A program made the translations under genes and the position numbers. Shown here in pieces: positions 37,257-51,214 of a DNA stretch of 64,000 bases. This DNA is from Octopus sinensis (lineage: Eukaryota): positions 49,972,001 to 50,036,000 of the forward strand of contig NC_043006.1 in the NCBI RefSeq assembly GCF_006345805.1. The letters run 5' to 3'. How positions within the stretch are numbered: the stretch's first letter is position 1; every line of letters starts with the position of its first letter. The notes under the pieces are model-generated. The model was not told the origin of the DNA and did no database searches. It saw only the letters and a program-made list of their open reading frames with translations.

Positions 37257-38404
37257 ACATCAAAGTGTCCATATACAAAGTCCAAAGTTCACTGTATTAC
37301 ATTACTAAAAACTATTAATATTATTATTATTATTAATAATACCAATAAAGGAATATGTGCATTCTGCTATTCACAATACATAGTAGATGGAAAATACCAC
37401 ATAAAATACAGCATAATATAATACAGTGTAACACAACATATTAAAATATAATATATTATATTACATATCAAATATACAATATATAATGTATAGTATAACC
37501 TAATATATAGACAGATGCATATGGGGGATGCCTGTAAATTAATTAATTCAATATAATAAAATAATGCAAAACAATATACAACGTCACAATATACAATGTC
37601 ATTATATTCATGTATCATACAGCGAAAATCGAAACTTTAGTCTAAATCTACATACATATATATATACACACATGTACAAAATACATAGACATGCATATAC
37701 ATACATGCACAAAAGCATCCATTAATACATATACATATATAATGGGTGAGTGATAGGTCTTAACGGGCTGATAGATTATTTACAATCTCCAGCTCAATGC
37801 AATTGGTTGGCACATTTGAATTTCTTTGTCTTAGTTACGGTTGGTTGGTTAAAATACACATACGTACATACATACACATATGCGCACATATACACGTACA
37901 CATAGATAAACATAAGCAAATAAATACACACGTACATACATACATACATACATACATACATACATACATACATACATACGTACATACGTATATATCCATA
38001 TACATGCATATATACACATATACACATACCCATAAACACCCACTTACACATATATGTATATATATACATAGACATACATACTAATAACTAAAAGATAGTA
38101 TTATAAACCATTAAAGTGAAAACTATGCTAATTCTTAATACGTAGAAAAAGGCCTGAAAGGGTAATTCCTAATGTATAAAAAAATGGCTTAAAAGGGTAT
38201 TATCTGGAAGTTGATGATTGAAAGAAATCTATTCCTCCATTTTCTTATTTTGTATTATGAATTTGAGGTAAAACATTTTACCTTCGCCCATATAATACAA
38301 TAAATGAAATATTTGCATTGTAATTCTTTACTGGCAGTATATTGGATAAATGATATCTCATAGTGGGTTACACTCGTAACCCCTATCTCACTTTGTATAT
38401 ATAT

Positions 38405-38560
38405 ATATACGTCGGGCTTGTTTCGGTATCTGCATACCAAATCCACTCACTAGGCTTTGGTTGGCCCGAGGCTAAAGTAGAAGACACCCACCGAAGGTCC
38501 AACGCAGTGGGACAGAACCCGGAACCATGTGGTTGGGAAGCAAACATCCACGCCTGCACC
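38405..38560 (-). mobile_element. SINE family B head, diverged
   Basis: ACGTCGGGCTTGTTTCGG...ACCATGTGGTTGGGAAGCAAAC...CCTGCACC. Confidence 0.75.
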
Positions 38561-38580
38561 TATATACATACATACATACA

Positions 38581-38612
<32 letters not shown>

Positions 38613-38615
38613 GAC

Positions 38616-38701
<86 letters not shown>

Positions 38702-38754
38702 TAGATAGATAGATAGATAGATTGATTGATTGATAGATAGATAGATAGATAGAT

Positions 38755-39166
38755 AAGTTTCTTTATTAGCCACACAGGGCTGCACACAGATGGGACAAAT
38801 TACAAGGTAGAGCTTTTCTTTGGGGGGATGAAAAAAAAGGGGGGGCGTAGGTTTTCGATCAAAGGGGATCGTAAAAGGGAAAAAAGAAAAAAAAGAAAAA
38901 AGGAAAAGAAACAAAAGAAGGGAAAAAAGAAAAAGAAGAAAAAAGAGGAAAAAAGGGGAAGAGGGAAAAAACGATCAATAGGGATCGTGTATCAGAGTGT
39001 CATGATGTACGGTGTAAAGGGGGAAGCAGATAAGGTTTATCCCTGGGAAGAAAAGCTTACGAAAAAGACCACGGTAACCTCGGTCAATATTGTTATATGT
39101 TACCACATTTGTTTGCAAGTGGGTAACCCTTTGTTTTCAATTTCTGGGTTCATAGGATTATGCTCA

Positions 39167-39168
<2 letters not shown>
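38755..39168 (-). mobile_element. Tx1-like LINE 3' UTR fragment embedded in a (GATA)n array
   Basis: Ends CAGCCCTGTGTGGCTAATAAAGAAAC, similar to CAGCCCTTGTGGCCAATAAAAGAA of the Tx1 at 19367-19390; GATA repeats on both sides. Confidence 0.6.
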
Positions 39169-39224
<56 letters not shown>

Positions 39225-39799
39225 TGATTGATTGATTGATATAGATATAGACATAGATATATATATACATATATATATATACATATATATATACATATAT
39301 ACATATATACATATATACATCCCCCCTCCATACCCAATTTACACCCACATAGCAATCCCAATATATTCATCCATACATGGACGCACGTGCGTGAAGCACA
39401 TGCACACAATAAATACGTACAACCCCCCCAATACACACTCATATACATACGTATCAAGCTCGACATCCACAGCAATACGCTTACACACCCACTCACACCC
39501 AGATGGGTGAATTGCACAACCCAGGACGCACACACACACGTGTGCGTATTTTGATTGTGCAACTCGCCCATATGCATGTATGCGGGCGCGATTACATTGT
39601 TGCACATATCGAGCCCAACTAGCATGCATATGTACATGTGAGGGGGTACACGTACATGCCGTGCGCGTGTACCCCCTGCATTTATACCCGTGCGTGAATA
39701 TACACATGGAGACTACCACACAGGTACAAATGTGTATAGTAAGGGGAGCCCCATCACTACACTCATGTATAATCTCACCCATCCGCACGGATGTGAAAG

Positions 39800-42190
39800 T
39801 GAATCTCCGGTGTATATGTTGAGGCTTATATGTAGCGCTGTGGAGGTGAACGTCGTTGAAATTGTGAATGAATGGGTGGAGTTGGGAATTGTAACCGGGT
39901 GGTGGGCTAGCGTTGCTTGGAATTGGGAATGGAATAGTGTAGTAGTAAGGCAGGCATCGAGAATAGATTTGGGTTACTGCAAGTTGTTTGTTAGAGCTGC
40001 TAAGATGAGCTAAAGCTCATAATTGTATATAATAATTTATTATGGTTTTTTATTAAAGAATCCATTCATAATAAATTTTTTTTAAGTAGTGTTGGTTTGC
40101 CACGTGGATATAGTTTTTAGTTCCATTTATTCTATTTCTCCATTCATAATTTTAAATGACGTTTACTTTCCATGGCGCGTATTCTTTTTTTACATAAGTT
40201 ATATTTCTATGGTAACGTAATTTTGGTTTGATTTTTTAAAACGGCTAAGAATTTAATTTCACTTCATAATTTGAAACTGACTTGTAAGTATGTATTTTAT
40301 TTCTCCTTATGTCATATTGTTATTTTTGATATTCTGGTTAATTACGATGTATTTAATGTTGTTTTTTATTGGAGTGTTTATGTATATGAGATAGTGTGTG
40401 AGTTTTTAGTTGTATAATTTATTTATCTGTATGAGTGTGGGTGTGTAAATATTGTTGTATATATCGAGTTTAGTGATTATGTATAGCGTATATGTGAGGG
40501 AGTATATGTATCTGTTGTGTGTGTGTGTTTTGCGTGTGTGTGTGTTTGTGTGTGAATGTGTGTATATGGGTTTGTTATTTATTTGTTTTGTGATGTATGT
40601 GTTAATTTGTCTGTGTGGGGAGGGAGTGGCTTTTTGGTGTATATTGAGGTTTATAAGTTAGTATAGGTATGTGTATAAGTCGTGGGTCTGTGGTTTACGT
40701 GTGTGTTTTTTGTGTGTGAATGTTTAGGTTGGGGGATTGCTATAAGGTTTGTTATAGAGTTTAGCAAAGGGAGATTTTATCGTTATATGTTTTTAAGAGT
40801 TGGTTTATCATGGTTTTTTTAGGGAATTCGTGGTAATTTGTCTATTTTCGATGTTGGTTGTTTTATTACATTGTTTCATTCATAATTTTTGAGTGGTGTT
40901 CGTTTTGCCACGTGAATATTATTTTTAATTCCATTTATTCCATTTCTCCATTCATTATTTTAAAAGATGTTCGTTTCCAGAGCGGTTATACTTTTTATAC
41001 ATATGTTAAGTTCCTTGGTAAAGTAATTTTGTTTGGTGTATATGTTGAGGCTTATATGTACTTGTGGGTGTGTGTGAGTGGGGTGGGTGTTTGTATTTGT
41101 TATGGGTGTGTGGTTTACGTGTGTGTATTTGTGTGTGATGTATAGGTTAAAGGGATTGCTATATAAGTATGTTATAGTGTTAGTAAAGGGAGGTTTTATC
41201 ATTTAGTTTTGTGAGTTTTAGCTTATCATGGTAGTTTTATAAAAGAATCCATTCATAATTTTTGTGTTTATTTGTCTGTGTGGGGTTGAGTGGGTTTTTG
41301 GAGTATATGTTGAGGTTTATATGTATGTATGGGTATGTGTAAGTGGTGTGGGTATTTCTATATGTCGTGGGTGTGTGGTTTACGTGTGTGTATTTGTGTG
41401 TGAATGTTTAGGTTAGGGGGATTGCTATATAGGTATGTTATAGAGTTTAGTAAAGGAGATTTTATCATTATATGTTTTTATGAGTTTTGGTTTATCATGG
41501 TAGGTTTGTTAAGGAATTCGTAGTAATTTGTGTCTATTTGCGATGTCTGTTGTTTTATTGCATTGTTTCATTCATAATTTTTAAGTAGTGTTCGTTTTAC
41601 CAAGTGAATATAATTTTTAATTCCATTTATTCCATTTCTCCGTTCATAATTTTAAGTGATGTCCGTTTTCTAGAGCGTGAATGTGGGTTGTATGTGTGTG
41701 TGTGTGGGAGTATGAATAAGTATTGTGTTGAAGTATTCAGCTATTTTATTTATTTATAGTTGCCTAGACGTTTTTATGTGTATGTATAGGGATATATATA
41801 TAGGTGTGTGATTTAGTGTATGTAGTTAGATATGGTTTTATATAATTAGGTATATGTGTATGGGTGTATATATAGTTTATTATTATATATTATTATTTTT
41901 TTGTTTTGTTTTATATTTTATATTTTATATTTTATATTTTATATTTAATTGTTGATAGGTTTATTTTAGTTTATAATTGTTTATATATTGATTATATATG
42001 GATTATATATAGGTTATATATGGATTATATATTTATATTTTTTCATTCATACTTTAATTATTTTAAAATTATTATTTTTATATTTTAAAATATTGATATT
42101 TTAGATTGGAAGTCCACCTGAAGATTGTCGATCAAGACAAGAAACAATTGTAGTGGCGGTTTTTTTGACTATTTATTAAAATTTTATGTA
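39800..42190. repeat. G/T-skewed segment of degenerate 150-250-bp internal repeats, ending in a hammerhead
   Basis: Block GTGGTTTACGTGTGTG..GGGATTGCTATA at ~40690, 41110 and 41378; block TTCATAATTTT..GTGTT(C/G)GTTT..CCA(C/A)GTG..TTCCATTTATT at ~40067, 40880 and 41572. Confidence 0.8.
42114..42156 (+). ncRNA. Compact type I hammerhead ribozyme
   Basis: CCAC-CUGAAGA-UUGUC(GAUCAA)GACAA-GAAAC-AAUU-GUA-GUGG; perfect stems I and II, palindromic ACAAUUGU stem III; stem II is closed by U-A rather than G-C; predicted cleavage after 42152. Confidence 0.8.
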
Positions 42191-42786
42191 TTGATTAAGT
42201 CTTTCCTTGTTTGTTTTGCAAAATAGTGGTTTTGTCTCTAATAATATTTTATTATACATATGTATATATACAATATATGTATATATATATATATGTGTGT
42301 GTATATATATTTATGCATATATGTATGTTTGTGTGTGTATTTATGTATGTATGCATAGTTTTTATATGTATGTATATGAAGATATACATGCATACATGTG
42401 GAAAGTAGGTGGGAAAAGAGAGAAAGATTAAAATGGTGGACAAGTCTATATGCCATTATGTTATATCACTTATAAAAGATGTTACGTAAACATAACCAAA
42501 ACGTAAATATAAATGGCGAAGGAAGAAGATTGTCTTACGCAGCTATTTCAAAATTTCACTGATTTGTTGGTGTAATAAACTGTATTATGCAAACGTGGGT
42601 GCACATTGATACAATAATTGAACAAATAGAAGTTATTATTGACATATAAACATGATATGCTAATTTGATTAAGACAGACGCATTGAAGTCCTAAATTTTC
42701 CTTCAGAAGGAAAACTGTCAAAATGCAAAATTCGCCGACGCTTTCTGCTTAATCATATTAATGCATGGCATTTACATGTTGATAGT

Positions 42787-43195
42787 GGAGGCGCAATAGC
42801 CCAGTGGTTAGGGAAGCGGACTCGCGGTCGTAGGATCGCGGTTTCGATTCCCAGACCGGGCATTGTGAGTGTTTATTGAGCGAAAACACCTAAAGCTCGA
42901 CGAGCTGGTGGTGAACCCTGTTGTACTCTTTCATCACAACTTTCCTTCACTCTATCTTCCTGTTTCTATTGTGCCTGCATTTCAAAGGACCAACCTTGTC
43001 TCACTCTGTGACGTCACTGGTGCCAAGCTGTATCGGCCTTTGTCTTTCCCTTGGATAACGTCGGTGGCATGGAGAGGGGAGGCTGGTATGCGTGGGCAAC
43101 TGTTGGTCTTCCATAAACAAACTTGCCCGGACTTGTGCCTGGGAGGGTAACTTTCAAGGTGCAATCCCATGGTCATTCATTACCGAAAGGGGTCA
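42787..43195 (+). mobile_element. SINE family C with an alternative 3' tail
   Basis: Head GGAGGCGCAATAGCCCAGTGGTTAGGG...GGTTTCGATTCCCAGACCGGGC; tail unlike the 28118 copy, ending CCCATGGTCATTCATTACCGAAAGGGGTC. Confidence 0.82.
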
Positions 43196-43402
43196 CAACA
43201 ACATGTTGATAATAATTTCTACTTATTCGTTGTATACTACTGCATCAGTATACAACTCGGTTGCGTAATAAGCATTATTACATTAACAAGCCACTGTATT
43301 TTTTAAAAAGCTGTAAAGGTTTATGAAGGATTCTATTTTTCTCCTCGCCACATAATCTGTGGTTGCATTTGCGAAACATTTTTCATAAATGATATAAGTG
43401 AT

Positions 43403-43702
43403 GTTTGTTCCTTCTCGAGCCATGCCTGGCTCATAAGGGCCGGTTTCCCGCTTTCCTTGGCGTATAGGTTCCCCACCAGGACGGGACACCGGTCCTTCGC
43501 AGGTGAGCTGCAAGGTACAGGAGGAAAGAGTGTGAGAAAGTTGTGGCGAAAGAGTCAGCAGAAGTTCACCATTGCCTTCTGCCGGAGCCGCGTGGAGCTT
43601 AGGTATTTCGCTCATAAACACACACATCGCCCGGACGGAGATTCGAACCCGCGATCCCTCGACCGCGAGTCCGTTGCTCTAACCACTAGGCCATGTGCCT
43701 CC
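43403..43702 (-). mobile_element. SINE family C, full length, variant tail
   Basis: Head GGAGGCACATGGCCTAGTGGTTAGAGC...GGTTCGAATCTCCG; tail GGGAAACCGGCCCTTATGAGCCAGGC. Confidence 0.85.
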
Positions 43703-43974
43703 ACGATATAAGTAACATAAAGCCATATATACCTGCTTGTACATTCATACACGCTCGAGTATATATTTCCTTCTTTATTCATGCTGCTCAAGTCCACTCA
43801 GCTGGCAAAAATGAGTTCTACAAGTATTTCAAAGGGCCAGCCTTGTCACATTCTGTGTCACGCTGAATCTCCTTGAGAACTACGTTTAGGGTACACGTGT
43901 CTGTGGAGTTCTCAGCCACTTCCACGTTAATTTCACGAGCATGTATGTATGTATATATACATAGAAACATAAAT

Positions 43975-44114
<140 letters not shown>

Positions 44115-44777
44115 AAGTATAACTACCAATACCAAATAGTTAGATGGCTGGCTGGTTGGCTGACTGGCTGGACTAATGGAAAAAAACACAGTTAGATGTC
44201 GTGGATAAATAACCCACTAGAGTTAGGTAAACAGGTTGATTATAAGGCACACACATACACACATACACACACGCGCGCGCGCACACACACCATTTGAGTT
44301 ATTTCTCTTACCTCATTTTTATTTAAATTAAGCAAATTATTTAAGCTGTAAATGTTTTCTGTTATTTGTATAAGTTTAAGTCCTTCGGCTACAAGAGATG
44401 AGGTCGTGTTGATGACGGTTATTGACCCAGAAACGCGTCTCCATAACTGTCCTCTTATCTCTAGAGAATAAGCCTGTGCTTTTCCTTCGTGGCGAGTTAG
44501 TTTTGGAGAATTTGATTCTTGAGATCATCCCCATCCTTCTCAAGTGGAGCTAATCTTAATTACAATTTGGTAATTATGATACATTCTCAGGGGGTGGAGA
44601 TAATTTTTATAAATTAAGAATTTAAGTTGTATGGCATTTCATATACCTCTATTCTTCTATGCTATTCAAACACATGCCATTGACCACTTTGAGCAGTTTT
44701 GCTGAGCTAATTTGTGTGTGTGCGTGTTTATATACATGTAGTATAATACAATATAATATATAAATGTAATATAATAT

Positions 44778-45174
44778 ACTAGCAGTATCGCCCGGCGTTG
44801 CTCGGGTTTGTAAGGGAAATAACTATATAAGCATTTTTAGAGATGTAAAGTATAATAGCCACCTTAATATGGCTAACCACAAAGGTGGGGTGTTACTGTA
44901 GCTTTTTACGTTCTGAGATTTAATAATACATTTTTAGAGAGTTACTTCCCTTATATAATAGCAAAAAATGCATTAAAAATGGGAAAAAATTATGGTAAGT
45001 TTTTTTTTTAATCGTAGACTCATCGTAGACGCGCGCTAATACCCAGAAGGGCTCAATATGAATCACGACTATAAGATACCCGCTTTAGGTTACACTGCAT
45101 CGCAAAATGTGGGAGTAGTTAGGAATCTAAATCGTAGGAGACAGACACACAACTTCACTTTTATATATAAAGAT
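44778..45174 (+). mobile_element. Non-autonomous Helitron/Helentron-like element
   Basis: 5' ACTAGCAGTATCGCCCGGCGTTGCTCGGG (hairpin CCCGGCGTTGCTCGGG); 3' ACAGACACAC..TTTTATATATAAAGAT. A related start lies at 56958-56996 and a related end at 57935-58135, both on the minus strand. Confidence 0.6.
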
Positions 45175-45289
45175 ATATAATAAAATATATGCATATATAA
45201 TATGTGTATATTTATAATATATGTATGTGTGTGTATATATATATATATAATATATATATATATATATAATATATATATATATATATCCG

Positions 45290-45494
45290 TGATCAGATGT
45301 TGCTACACATCGTTGGTCACAGTGCGCTTCGCATTGTTTCAGCCTTCAAATGACGCCACCCCGCTGGTTAAGCAAGCAGGCCAGCAGAAGAAAGAGTGAG
45401 AGAAAGTTGGGGCGGAAGAGTACAGCAGGGATCGCTACCACCCCCTGCCGGAGCTTCGTGGAGCTTTAGGTGTTTTCGCTCAATAAACACTTAC
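45290..45494 (-). mobile_element. SINE family C body with another alternative tail, head truncated
   Basis: GAGCGAAAACACCTAAAGCTCCACGAAGCTCCGGCAGGGG...CTCACTCTTTCTTCTG, then GCTGGCCTGCTTGCTTAACCAGCGGGG. Confidence 0.75.
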
Positions 45495-45758
45495 ATATAT
45501 ATATATCCTATATAAGGCAAAGTTGAGTTATGATAAGACTGAATGAGTTGTAAGCAAACATCTATATTTTAGATTATCTGTGAACTAGTAAATTTCGAGT
45601 TGGAAAAACCAGTAAATCTCGTGTTGGAAACAAGAGTAAAACAGCAACAAATCGAAACAAAAGAAGAAAAACTCCTTTATTTCCAGCTTGTATTGTCATG
45701 TCTTTCCCAGACAATTCAAATTTATCCTACACTGCTTCATATTAACTATACTATCATC

Positions 45759-45922
<164 letters not shown>

Positions 45923-47205
45923 TATATATCTGTCTCATTCACACGCACACACTATACACACACACGCCACACATACACGCATGTGTGTGGCTGTAAGATA
46001 GACGCATGAAAAGAGGAAATTCCAGTAAATGGTAACTATTATGCAATGCCTACTTTCAGATGCATTAATAATTGAGAGAAACAGCAAAGCAAACACGACG
46101 CTAGATAAAAGATAGGAAAATATTGATATTCAATATCTTAAGATGGATAAACACGTACGATGAACTCCATAAAAGCACACCTAACATGTCTACTGTGTGA
46201 AATCATTATTGAGATAAACAGAGTTGCTCTAGGTGAGGTTAGCAGATTTATTGTTCCAAGTATACCATTCCTCTACTTGCTTAAGAACCATATTCTACAC
46301 TCCCATATGCGTTGATATCGTTATTGTTCAGCTTCAGATCAAGCAAGATCGAGCTGACGTGTGAAAACTTAAAAGAGATCTTTCAATCGTGATAGCAATG
46401 TCTCATCTCGTTATATGTGTCATGCTGTTTTTAAGACAGGATGGTGCTATGTGAGAAAGAATAGTGAGCTATTTCTAACAGAATGAGATAGAACGTAGAG
46501 GCTCCCTTTGTTAGCCCATCATAATCGTATGAGTTCCAATTTGATAGTTTGGACAAATATTTCTTAATAAGCATTGCAGCAAGAATGATGAATGTAACCC
46601 AATAAAACAGAACAATAACACTGTGTATCACGATTTTTGTCTTATTAGTTTATCCATAGAAAGTATGAAAAATGGCTAATATTTCCCTCAAACTCCAAAG
46701 AATCCTACTAATCTCATGGCTATCATGCTCCCCCACTACTTCTGCTCATATTGTCAGCTATTAAGGGACATGCTCAAGTGGTTAAGGTCAAGCAACTGAC
46801 AAACAAATCTGTGGTATTGAGTAGAATATTTGCTATAATGATATTTCTGCTTCGGCAACTTAGCACTGAATCTGTCTGAAATGTAATGGAAAATAGGTCA
46901 GTTTTTAAAACATAGATGCCCAGGTCACAAAAGCAAAATGTGAAAGGAATAGTAGTCATTTCCTTTGATTTCCGGATAGAAGCAATTAGGAAATAACACT
47001 TACTGACCAAAGACAAAAGAAATTAAAACGTTGTTACACAGAGTGATGATAACTGGGATAATAGATTATGGTAAATATAGTTTGTTTTTTTTAATTTAGT
47101 TTTGGCAGTGTAGCATCATTGACATAAATTACTGTATCAAGTATACCTGATAAATTCACATTTCGTTGTCATTACTTTGAGCGCATGTTTAAATTTGAAC
47201 TGTCA

Positions 47206-47660
47206 AACATACATACATACATACATACATACATACATACATACGTACATACATACATACATACATACATACATACATACGTACATACATACATACATAC
47301 ATACGTACATACATACATACATACATACATACATACATACGTACATACATACATACATACATACATACATACATACATACATACATACATACATACGTAC
47401 ATACATACATACATACATACATACATTCATACGTGCATGCATACATACATACATACATACATACATACATACATACATACATACATACATACATACGTAC
47501 ATACATACATACATACATACATACATTCATACGTGCATGCATACATACATACATACATACATACATACATACATACATACATACATACATACATACATAC
47601 ATACATACATACATACATACATACATACATACATACATACATACATACATACATACATAC
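47206..47660. repeat. (CATA)n microsatellite, ~450 bp
   Basis: Directly visible. Confidence 0.97.
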
Positions 47661-48345
47661 TGTGGAAAATATTCAACTTAGAAACATTTTGAAACCACAG
47701 TCCGTAGAAAGCTACTGAAGAAAACATCAATAACTGCGTCGCTATTTTGGATGGTTAACCACAATAATAAAATATGAGGAATAATGAGTTTACACCACAC
47801 CATTTACATCTTATGAATAAATTAGCAAAAGTCTATGTTGACTCTTCACACCAAGCTCTTGATGGAAGGTTAATTACTCTAAAATACGAACTCAGGGTGC
47901 TTAAAGAAAAACCCTGCATAAATAACGACTTTGTTTCTAATTCGCAGGTTAGGACGTTTTTAGTTTGCTGCTGATAGCCTTCAATGCTTTTTCCAGAGAG
48001 ATGCAGAAGGGAAATATTACCGTTGCGAAAGAAGTTCTTGAATAATTCTGGTTGAATGTCTGGAGCGAAAAGAGGGATTTCAATGCAAGATGGCAAATGC
48101 AGTAAAGAGAGAATACTGTACCAACATCAAAGGAAAAACATACACACTTGTCCCGAAAACTATAGTTACAGGCAAACTGCATATATACACACTGTCCAGA
48201 TTACACGTTCAGGTTTATACCTGTAATTATTGGGGCCCTAAGATATGCAACACACTGCCTAAATACCAATCTTGAGAAATTAGGCTTCTCAAAACCAGAA
48301 AGGAGAAAGCTAATTTGAAGGATACAGATCCAATCCATCATTTAA
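47660..48345 (+). mobile_element. Decayed, internally deleted R4/Dong-type fragment
   Basis: AKEVLE*FWLNVWSEK (pre-RT region) followed soon after by FIPVIIGALRYATHCLNTNLEKLGFSKPERRKLI*RIQIQSI, homologous to 2505-2635. Confidence 0.6.
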
Positions 48346-48349
48346 ATAT

Positions 48350-49278
48350 AGGTGCATGAGTGGCTGCGTGGTAAGTAACTTGCTTACAAACCACATGGTT
48401 CCGGGTTCAGGCCCACTGCGTGGCACATTGGTCAAGTGTCTTCTACTTTGCCTCGGGCCGATCAAAGCCTTGTGAGTGGATTTGGTAAACGGAAACTGAA
48501 AGAAGCCCGTCGTATATATGTATATGTGTGTGTGTTCCCCCCCCCCAACATGCATGTGTACATGCATGCATACATACATGCATGCGTACATGCATACATA
48601 CATACGTACGTACATGCATACATACATACATACAACATGCATACATACATACATGCATGCACGCGTACATGCATACATACATACATACATACATACATAC
48701 ATGCATTCATATATACACGCCTGCGTACATGCATACATACATACGTACGTACATACATACATACATACATACATACATGCATACATACATAGATACATGC
48801 ATGCATGCGTACATGCATACATACATACATACATACATACGTATATATATACATGCATGCGTACATGCATACATACATACATAAATACATACGTACGTAC
48901 ATACATACATACATACATGCGTACATGCATACATACATACATACACACATACATACATATATACATGCATGAGTACATGCATACATACATGCATACATAC
49001 ATACACACATACATACATATATACATGCATGAGTACATGCATACATACATGCATGCGTACATACATACATACATACATACATGCATGTATGCGTACATGC
49101 ATACATACATACATGCATACATACATGCATGCATGCGTACTAACATACATACATGCGTACATACATACATACATGCATACATGCATACTAACATACATAC
49201 ATGCGTACATACATACATACATGCGTACATACATACATACATACATACATACATACATACATGCATACATACATGCAT
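48350..49278 (+). mobile_element. SINE family B head followed by ~730 bp of (CATA/CATG)n
   Basis: Head 48350-48515, start of the tail module (GTGTTCCCCCCCCCCAACA), then microsatellite. Confidence 0.8.
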
Positions 49279-50058
49279 AATACTTCACTCACGTAGCAAC
49301 TGCAATACTTCGTTAATTATCGATAAATATTTTTGATACCATTTAGTCATATAAAATATTAATTCAGAAGAAAGAATTAACCTTTGAAGTATATAATTAA
49401 AGACTGAATACTTGTCGAACACAATAATAATGCCGCAAAATAAAGTATATAGAACAGAAAAACAGAATGGAATTACCAAATTTATTGAACAAAAGATTTA
49501 GTATTGTAAACATCGTAGTGTACGTCACGAACGCCTTTTGTGGAAAGCAAAGGCATGATTGTACGGTAGATGAAATATAGATATATATTAATGTTAAGAG
49601 AATTAAAATGATATCTAAAAAAAAGAAGCAAGAATTGGACTACTTATTTCTTCATAAACATATTGTGAGCAGGAAATCGGCGATGGTTTCGTATTTATGT
49701 GTGGTTGTGTGCGCTCGCGAGTATATACACAAGGATGTACGCGTGCACACACACACACGTATGTATGTATGCATGTATGTATGCATGTATGTATGTATGT
49801 ATGTATGTATGTATGTATGTATGTATGTATGTATGTATGTATGTATGTATGTATACGCCGTTTGTGAAGTGTGATTGTGTATACATTTGAAATTCAAGAA
49901 CAAAAGAAAAAAGTACGCTAAACAGTAAAGTGCAATTATTCTTTATGTCTGTGAGAATGTATATATGTGTGTGTGTGTGTGTGGTGTGTGTGTGTGTGGT
50001 GTGTGTGTGTGTGTGTATGTATGTGTGTATGTATGTATGTATGTATGTATTATGTATG

Positions 50059-50116
<58 letters not shown>

Positions 50117-50117
<1 letters not shown>

Positions 50118-50535
50118 GCGCGGGAGTGGCTGTGTGGCAAGTAGCTTGCTTACCAACTACAGGGTTCCGGGTTCAGTCCCACTGCGTGGCACCTTGGGCA
50201 AGTGTCATCTACTATTGCATCGGGCCAACCAAATTCTTGTGAGTGGATTTGGTAGAAGGAAACTGAAAGAAGCCCGTCGTATATATGTATGTATATATGT
50301 GTGTATATATGTGTGTATATATGTATATATGTATGTGTGTATATGTGTTTGTCCCCCCAACATCGCTTGACAACCGATAGTAATGTGTTTACGTCCCCGT
50401 AACTTAGCGGTTCGGCAAGAGAGACCGATAGAATAAGTACTAGGCTTACAAAATATAAGTCCTGGAGTCAATTTGCTCGACTAAAGGCGGTGCTCCAGCA
50501 TGGCCGCAGTCAAATGACTGAAACAAGTAAAACAA
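50117..50535 (+). mobile_element. SINE family B, full length
   Basis: GGCGCGGGAGTGGCTGTGTGG...CCAGCATGGCCGCAGTCAAATGACTGAAACAAGTAAAA. Confidence 0.9.
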
Positions 50536-50578
50536 AATGAGTATATATATATATATATATTTATATATATAGATAGAT

Positions 50579-50641
<63 letters not shown>

Positions 50642-51214
50642 TACATATACATTTATATACATACATATATACATACATACATGCAAACATCCATCCATAC
50701 GCACACACATATGCGTGCGTACATACATACATACATACACATACATACTAAATACATACATACATGCATGTATACATACATACTAAATACATACATACAT
50801 ACATACATACATACATACATACATACATACATACATACACACACACACATACGTAGGTATGTATGTATATTTGTATGTATGGATGGATAAAAGTTTCAAT
50901 TTTGTTTCCATAAGAGTAAATTATTCATGGTTCATTTAGAACTCCGATTTATGGCTGCAGAACGGAATGAAATAAATTATTTATGGATTAATAGTGCAAT
51001 CTTGGGTTAATTTGCTAGTATTTCACTTTTATTCGAGTAATATACATGGATTAGAAGCAATACGAGAGGCAGCGCTTGAAGTCACGTCTTCAATTTTCGG
51101 CGCCATTATTACACACACGCGCTTGCACACAGACAAACACACACATATAATTATTAGAGTATTGTTTCCTCTAGAGTAATTCGTTTTCTTCTTTATTGCA
51201 TACAAATAAAGGAT

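Noticed and set aside
42787-42860. tRNA genes at SINE heads (also 19231, 28400, 43630)
   Set aside because: A/B boxes are present but acceptor stems are not intact, and each continues into a SINE body or microsatellite.
46431-46631. 66-aa ORF with a hydrophobic stretch
   Set aside because: Short, in AT-rich DNA, no homology recognised; hydrophobic runs are expected by chance in T-rich sequence.
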